From the NCBI GenBank assembly GCA_943788915.1, contig CALSSD010000002.1, forward strand, positions 60,265 through 124,264: a DNA stretch of 64,000 bases, written 5' to 3'. The stretch comes from an uncultured Acidimicrobiales bacterium (GTDB lineage Bacteria; Actinomycetota; Acidimicrobiia; Acidimicrobiales; UBA10347). A program made the position numbers and the translations under genes. Positions 59,828 to 64,000 of this stretch are shown here, one piece after another; position 1 is the stretch's first letter; each line of letters opens with the position of its first letter. The notes beneath the pieces are model-generated. The model worked only from the letters and a program-made list of their open reading frames with translations. It was not told the origin of the DNA and did no database searches.

Positions 59828-61015
59828 TCATGTGGTCAGCTGTTCCGCAGCTGCGGTGCGCGCCCAAGCGTCGGCGTCGAGTACGGCTTCGAGATCTGGG
59901 TCACGATCTCCATTGTGGTTGCTGAGAACGCTCTCGACCACGCGGGCAATGTCGACCCAGGCAATCTGGCCCTGCAGGAACGCCTCGACGGCGACTTCGT
60001 TTGCGGCACTCAGTGCAGCAGGAGCCGTGCCGCCCATACGTCCAGCCGCATAGGCCAGATCGAGACACGGAAAAGCCTGACGGTCTGGCGGAGCGAACGT
60101 CAGCTCACTGAGGGCCGTCCAGTCGATGGCGCCGTACGCGTTGTGATGACGGTTGTCGTAATCGAGCGCATACCCAATACACAGGCGCATATCAGGCATA
60201 GACAGCTGAGCAATGGTGGCCCCGTCGGTGTATTCCACCATCGAGTGCACAACTGACTGTGGGTGCACGACAACGTCGATGCGGTCGAAGCCGACCCCAT
60301 AGAGTTCGTTCGCTTCGATGACTTCGAGGCCCTTGTTCATCAGCGTCGACGAATCGACGGTGATCTTGGGGCCCATCGACCATGTCGGATGAGCGAGCGC
60401 CTCGTCGATGGTAACCGTGGCGAGTTCGGCCGCAGTTCGACCACGAAACGGGCCCCCACTGGCAGTGACAACAAGCCGGGTGACCTGATCGAGTCGGCCG
60501 TCGGTGAACGATTCGTTCGCCCGCAGACACTGGTGAAGCGCACAGTGTTCACTATCGACAGGCACAATTTCGGCACCCGGCGTGTTTCGCACCTTCTGCA
60601 CGACTGGCCCAGCGGCAATGAGCGATTCCTTATTGGCAAGGCCAAGACGTTTACCAAGCTTGAGCGTCTCGAGGGTCACCGTGAGGCCGGCAAAACCAAC
60701 GATGCCATTGATCACAACATCGGCATCGTGACACGCCGCGGCAAACGCATCGTCGCCAGCTTCGACCGAAAAGGCCGTGCCCAGCTGATCTTGCAGACGT
60801 GTGCGGTTTGTGGCGGCTCCGAGCGCGATTGTGTGGCAGTCGAACTCCTGGGCCTGTGCAGCGAGCAGTTCCGGTGTTCCGCCGCCAGCCCCCAGGGCAG
60901 TTACCTCGTACGCGGGCTCGCGCCCGGCTTCGGCAGCCTGACTGTTTGCAACCGCAATGATGTCGAGTGTTTGGGTCCCAATCGAACCAGTAGAACCCAT
61001 CACGGCCACACGCAT
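59828..61015 (-). CDS. dxr: 1-deoxy-D-xylulose 5-phosphate reductoisomerase
   Basis: 'MRVAVMGSTGSIGTQTLD', 'LANKESL', 'PVDSEH' and 'HPQSVVHSMVE'. Start trimmed to 61015. Confidence 0.95.
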   Translation of the reverse strand: MRVAVMGSTGSIGTQTLDIIAVANSQAAEAGREPAYEVTALGAGGGTPELLAAQAQEFDCHTIALGAATNRTRLQDQLGTAFSVEAGDDAFAAACHDADVVINGIVGFAGLTVTLETLKLGKRLGLANKESLIAAGPVVQKVRNTPGAEIVPVDSEHCALHQCLRANESFTDGRLDQVTRLVVTASGGPFRGRTAAELATVTIDEALAHPTWSMGPKITVDSSTLMNKGLEVIEANELYGVGFDRIDVVVHPQSVVHSMVEYTDGATIAQLSMPDMRLCIGYALDYDNRHHNAYGAIDWTALSELTFAPPDRQAFPCLDLAYAAGRMGGTAPAALSAANEVAVEAFLQGQIAWVDIARVVESVLSNHNGDRDPDLEAVLDADAWARTAAAEQLTT

Positions 61016-61107
61016 TGTCACCGAGGAGACTCTATTTCGTTTAGCGGCCGTTCGTCTGGTCGAACCCCTATCACCGCTGTCACGCCCTTTCGAGCAAGAA
61101 GCGCTGG

Positions 61108-62445
61108 TTAGGCGCTTACCGCCGAGGTTGCTTCGAGAATGTTCAGGGCCAAGCCTGCACACCAGACAGCTGGCATAACGAAGAGAAGACCGTCGAAGCG
61201 GTCAAGAATGCCGCCATGGCCTGGCAACATCGTGCCCATGTCCTTGACACCGAGATCACGTTTGAGCATGGACTCACACAGGTCGCCGAGCGTGGCAGCC
61301 ACTGCCGCGACCACCCCGAGCACGATGGTGTCAGCGAAACCACCAGGGGCATCACCCCATGGAGCGATATTGAAGCCGCCAATGACGACAACCGACACGA
61401 TGATGCTCATCACCGCTCCGCCGACGACACCTTCGAGCGTCTTGTTCGGACTGTGCGCAGATAACGGGGTCCGTCCCATCGATCGACCGACGACGTAGGC
61501 GCCGATGTCGTACACGACAGTTGCCAGAATGGCTGCGAAGAGTAAGCCGGCACCGTGTGATTGGAACTCGAGTAGGCCGGTCGTGTCGTTCGCAACGATG
61601 GAATCGCTGGACAACAACAGACCTGCAAACGAACCAAGCACGCTGATGTAGCCGATCCCGAGCAAGGTGATACCAAGGTTGGGTACGGGTCGGCCGCTTC
61701 CCACGCCAAGCAGGTACCACAACAGAGCACACACGATGGCAATGAACAGCACCACCGGATAGGCCGCGGCACTCTTCCAGTACACAGCGACGTTCAGCCC
61801 AACGGTGGTCGCGATCCCGAGCAGCGACGCCGGGTTGTACCCAACAATCCGCATGGCGTTATAAAACTCAGCGGTCGCGAGGCCCAAGATGGCGGTCGCC
61901 ACAATGAGTCCTGGAACCTCGCCGATGTACAACGCACCAAGCGCAAGCACTCCCAGGCCCAGCCCGGTCACGGTTGCAGCAGCAATATTGCGGTCTGAAG
62001 ACTTCGCCGCAGCTGATTCCGCCGAGCCTGCGGTAGCCGCGGCCTGGTTGGCGGCCCGAGCTCGCTGAGCCCGCCCGCCGGTCGGCGTAGGCGCAGGTGT
62101 CCCAGAAGCAGGCTCAGCTGGTGGGGCCGGTGGCGGAACCGGAGAACTAGCAGTAGCGGGAGGCGCTGGATCAGCGTCGAGGCCAAAGAACACATCTCCG
62201 GCAGCTTCGACAGGGTCCACAACTTCTGGTGGAGGTGTTGGATCGAGTAGCCGGATGTCGTCGAGTTCGTTGTAGTCGCTCGCTCCGTCGCGCCAACGCG
62301 GCCCCCCTCCTTCGGACGCATCGACCTGGCCAGTACCTGGCTCGGTCCAGTGCGGAAGTGTGAGATCACTCCCGCCTTCGTCGTCGCCCGCGAACCAGCT
62401 CTCGGGTCCGCGTATTGGCCCACCTGGCGGATCGATGTCACTCAT
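61108..62445 (-). CDS. cdsA: Phosphatidate cytidylyltransferase with an acidic/Pro-rich N-terminal extension of about 160 aa
   Basis: C-terminal signature 'GDLCESMLKRDLGVKDMGTMLPGHGGILDRFD'. ATGA overlap with the frr stop. Confidence 0.85.
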   Translation of the reverse strand: MSDIDPPGGPIRGPESWFAGDDEGGSDLTLPHWTEPGTGQVDASEGGGPRWRDGASDYNELDDIRLLDPTPPPEVVDPVEAAGDVFFGLDADPAPPATASSPVPPPAPPAEPASGTPAPTPTGGRAQRARAANQAAATAGSAESAAAKSSDRNIAAATVTGLGLGVLALGALYIGEVPGLIVATAILGLATAEFYNAMRIVGYNPASLLGIATTVGLNVAVYWKSAAAYPVVLFIAIVCALLWYLLGVGSGRPVPNLGITLLGIGYISVLGSFAGLLLSSDSIVANDTTGLLEFQSHGAGLLFAAILATVVYDIGAYVVGRSMGRTPLSAHSPNKTLEGVVGGAVMSIIVSVVVIGGFNIAPWGDAPGGFADTIVLGVVAAVAATLGDLCESMLKRDLGVKDMGTMLPGHGGILDRFDGLLFVMPAVWCAGLALNILEATSAVSA

Positions 62446-62999
62446 ACTTCGAGTAGCTCTTCCTCTTTGGCGGTAACGGCAGCGTCGATCTCTCGTTCGT
62501 GCGATTGAGTAATTTCGTCGATCCGTTTCTCGGCTCGGTCGATGTCGTCTTCTGGAGCATCGCCGTCTTTCTTCATCTTGTCGAGATCTGAGCGGGCCGA
62601 CCGGCGGCTATTTCGAATGGCAATGCGCCCATCTTCGGCCATGTTCCGCACGACCTTGATCAGGTCCTTGCGACGCTCAGCAGTCAGCGCAGGGAACGCG
62701 AGTCGGACAACAACACCATCGGTCGACGGGGACAATCCCAGGTCGCTCTCTCGGATCGCCCTCTCAATCCCTTCGACGGAGTCTTTGTCGAAGGGGGTGA
62801 TGACCAACATGCGAGCCTCGGGAACGCTGAACGAGGCGAGCTGCTGCAACGGCACAGGTGTGCCGTAGTACATGACCGGCATTTTCTCGACCAGAACTGG
62901 CGTTGCTCGACCCGTACGCACCCCGCTGAAGTTCTGGCGAGCGTGGGCAACAGCTCCGGTCATACTTTCTTCGGCATCTTCGAGGACTAGCTCGATCAT
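62442..62999 (-). CDS. frr: Ribosome recycling factor
   Basis: 185 aa from MIELVLEDAEESM. 'VRTGRATPVLVE' and 'LTAERRKDLIKVVRNMAEDGRIAIRNSRR'. Confidence 0.95.
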   Translation of the reverse strand: MIELVLEDAEESMTGAVAHARQNFSGVRTGRATPVLVEKMPVMYYGTPVPLQQLASFSVPEARMLVITPFDKDSVEGIERAIRESDLGLSPSTDGVVVRLAFPALTAERRKDLIKVVRNMAEDGRIAIRNSRRSARSDLDKMKKDGDAPEDDIDRAEKRIDEITQSHEREIDAAVTAKEEELLEV

Positions 63000-63165
63000 T
63001 TCATCGCTCACGGCGACTGTTCTCCTGTTGGATTCAACGCGTCTAAACGAACGCTCCTGCAACAGTACCGATCAGGAGCCCCATAAGTAGACCACCACTC
63101 GCGTGTTCCTTGCCATAGGGGGCCCGTGGTGGTTGTAGAGTACGTGGTGCCGACGACCTAGCGAG

Positions 63166-64000
63166 ATGTTGACCGTGGCCCCACCTTTGCTTGCAGGCGA
63201 CGTAATCGTCGTCGGGAACTCTTCCGATGATCCATTCGCGATCGATATTGCGTTCGCCTTAGGACAGTCCGAAGACATCGCCGATCTCATCAGCATGAAG
63301 GTGTTCGCTAACAGTGAGTTCTGCCCCCGCTTCATCTCCGACGAGAATGATCTGACCGAGATTGGTCATCAGCTCGAGGGCAAGACGATCGTGATCGTGA
63401 GCACGTCAAGCTTGACCATGAGTCGCAACTCACTTGCGATGCGGAACCTGCTCATCGCCAGAGCATCCAAGGACAATGGTGCGGCAGCGGTAGTGCTCGT
63501 CGAGCCCGATCTCTTCTATAGCGCACAAGATCGGGGGCCTCGGCACGGCCAAGGCACTACCCATTTCGATCGCGACATCAAGGATCTGAAGAAGTTCGAT
63601 GGCCAACCGTTCTCGTCTCGGCTCTATGCCCAGATGCTCCGGCTAGCAGGTGTTGACCGAGTCGTCACGGTGCACAACCACTCGGTGGCTGTCCAAGCTG
63701 AGTTCACCGAGGTATTCGAAGGACGATTTCACAATCTGATCCCGTACGACCTGTACGCCGATTATCTGCACAATGCGAACATCGTCGACTTCGACTCAGA
63801 CGGCGAAGGCCTGGTCCTCTGCGCTCCTGACAAAGGGGCACGAGAGTTCGTCCGAGAGATGTACGCGGTCTTGGCGCTTCCCAAGGCCAAGTTCATCCTG
63901 TTGGACAAACAACGGAACGGTGAACGCGACGTCGAGATCAGCTTGGACCCTGAAAGCGATACAAGCATCGACGAGGTCGCCGGTCACGATCTCGTGCTCT
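63166..64000 (+). CDS. Diverged ribose-phosphate pyrophosphokinase (Prs)-family protein, 3'-truncated by the window edge
   Basis: Translated by hand; it is absent from the ORF track because no stop is reached. 'MLTVAPPLLAGDVIVVGNSSDD...KVFANSEF...IVIVSTSS...YSAQDRG...RVVTVHNHS...VLCAPDKGAREF' is collinear with the Prs N-terminal and PRT domains. An in-frame stop at 63136 fixes the ATG at 63166. Confidence 0.65.
   Translation, partial: MLTVAPPLLAGDVIVVGNSSDDPFAIDIAFALGQSEDIADLISMKVFANSEFCPRFISDENDLTEIGHQLEGKTIVIVSTSSLTMSRNSLAMRNLLIARASKDNGAAAVVLVEPDLFYSAQDRGPRHGQGTTHFDRDIKDLKKFDGQPFSSRLYAQMLRLAGVDRVVTVHNHSVAVQAEFTEVFEGRFHNLIPYDLYADYLHNANIVDFDSDGEGLVLCAPDKGAREFVREMYAVLALPKAKFILLDKQRNGERDVEISLDPESDTSIDEVAGHDLVL

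Noticed and set aside
1163-60256. Many long ORFs (100-430 aa) on the opposite strand or in alternative frames of recognised genes. Examples: 1163..1867(+), 5493..6638(+), 7582..8676(+), 12575..13519(-), 13536..14492(-), 16368..17306(+), 25078..26040(+), 52548..53819(+), 58970..60256(+).
   Set aside because: They lie fully within, or antisense to, ORFs with clear family signatures. They are Arg/Pro/Ala/Ser/Gly-rich, as expected for open non-coding frames in roughly 60% GC DNA. None shows a recognisable motif.
1-64000. tRNA, rRNA, tmRNA or RNase P genes.
   Set aside because: I scanned the intergenic regions by eye for T-arm-like GGTTCGA(A/G)TCC motifs and cloverleaf-sized structured segments and found none. 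A tRNAscan-SE and Infernal run would be needed for certainty.

Overview
This is a 64-kb chromosomal window from a high-GC organism (about 60% GC by eye). Gene order suggests Actinomycetota, possibly Acidimicrobiia; this is inference from synteny only.

From about 29.3 kb to 63 kb the window is a conserved housekeeping block, almost entirely on the minus strand: cinA-pgsA-rimO, ftsK, rnj, dapA, SURF1, dapB, pnp, rpsO, trmH-like, truB, rbfA, DUF503, infB, ylxR, nusA, rimP, then ispG, rseP, dxr, cdsA, frr. A diverged Prs-like gene runs off the 3' end.

The first 29 kb is metabolic and accessory. It holds:
- a YdiJ-like FAD/Fe-S dehydrogenase divergent from a hydroxyacid-oxoacid-transhydrogenase-like ADH;
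- an F420-type nitroreductase, a haloalkane-dehalogenase-like hydrolase, and a kinase+IMPase pair;
- an amine/amino-acid catabolic cluster (pta-like, two aminotransferases, a DMGDH-like gene, ald, lrp).

Two modules look defence-like:
- a translationally coupled three-gene operon at 19067-21992: a beta-class DNA methyltransferase with an extra C-terminal domain, a 105-aa acidic ORF and a 352-aa unknown protein;
- an XRE-HTH plus nucleotidyltransferase pair at 25258-26141.

I found no rRNA, tRNA, CRISPR array, transposase or integrase.

Seven genes, including infB and rseP, are broken by single-base frame changes at short nucleotide runs. These are most likely sequencing errors rather than decay.

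The most unusual non-coding signal is in the 0.5-kb ispG-rimP spacer. It contains tandem 14-nt and 16-nt repeats that share a GGATCAC core resembling a DnaA box, nine GATC sites in about 190 bp, and an intrinsic terminator 25 nt upstream of rimP.
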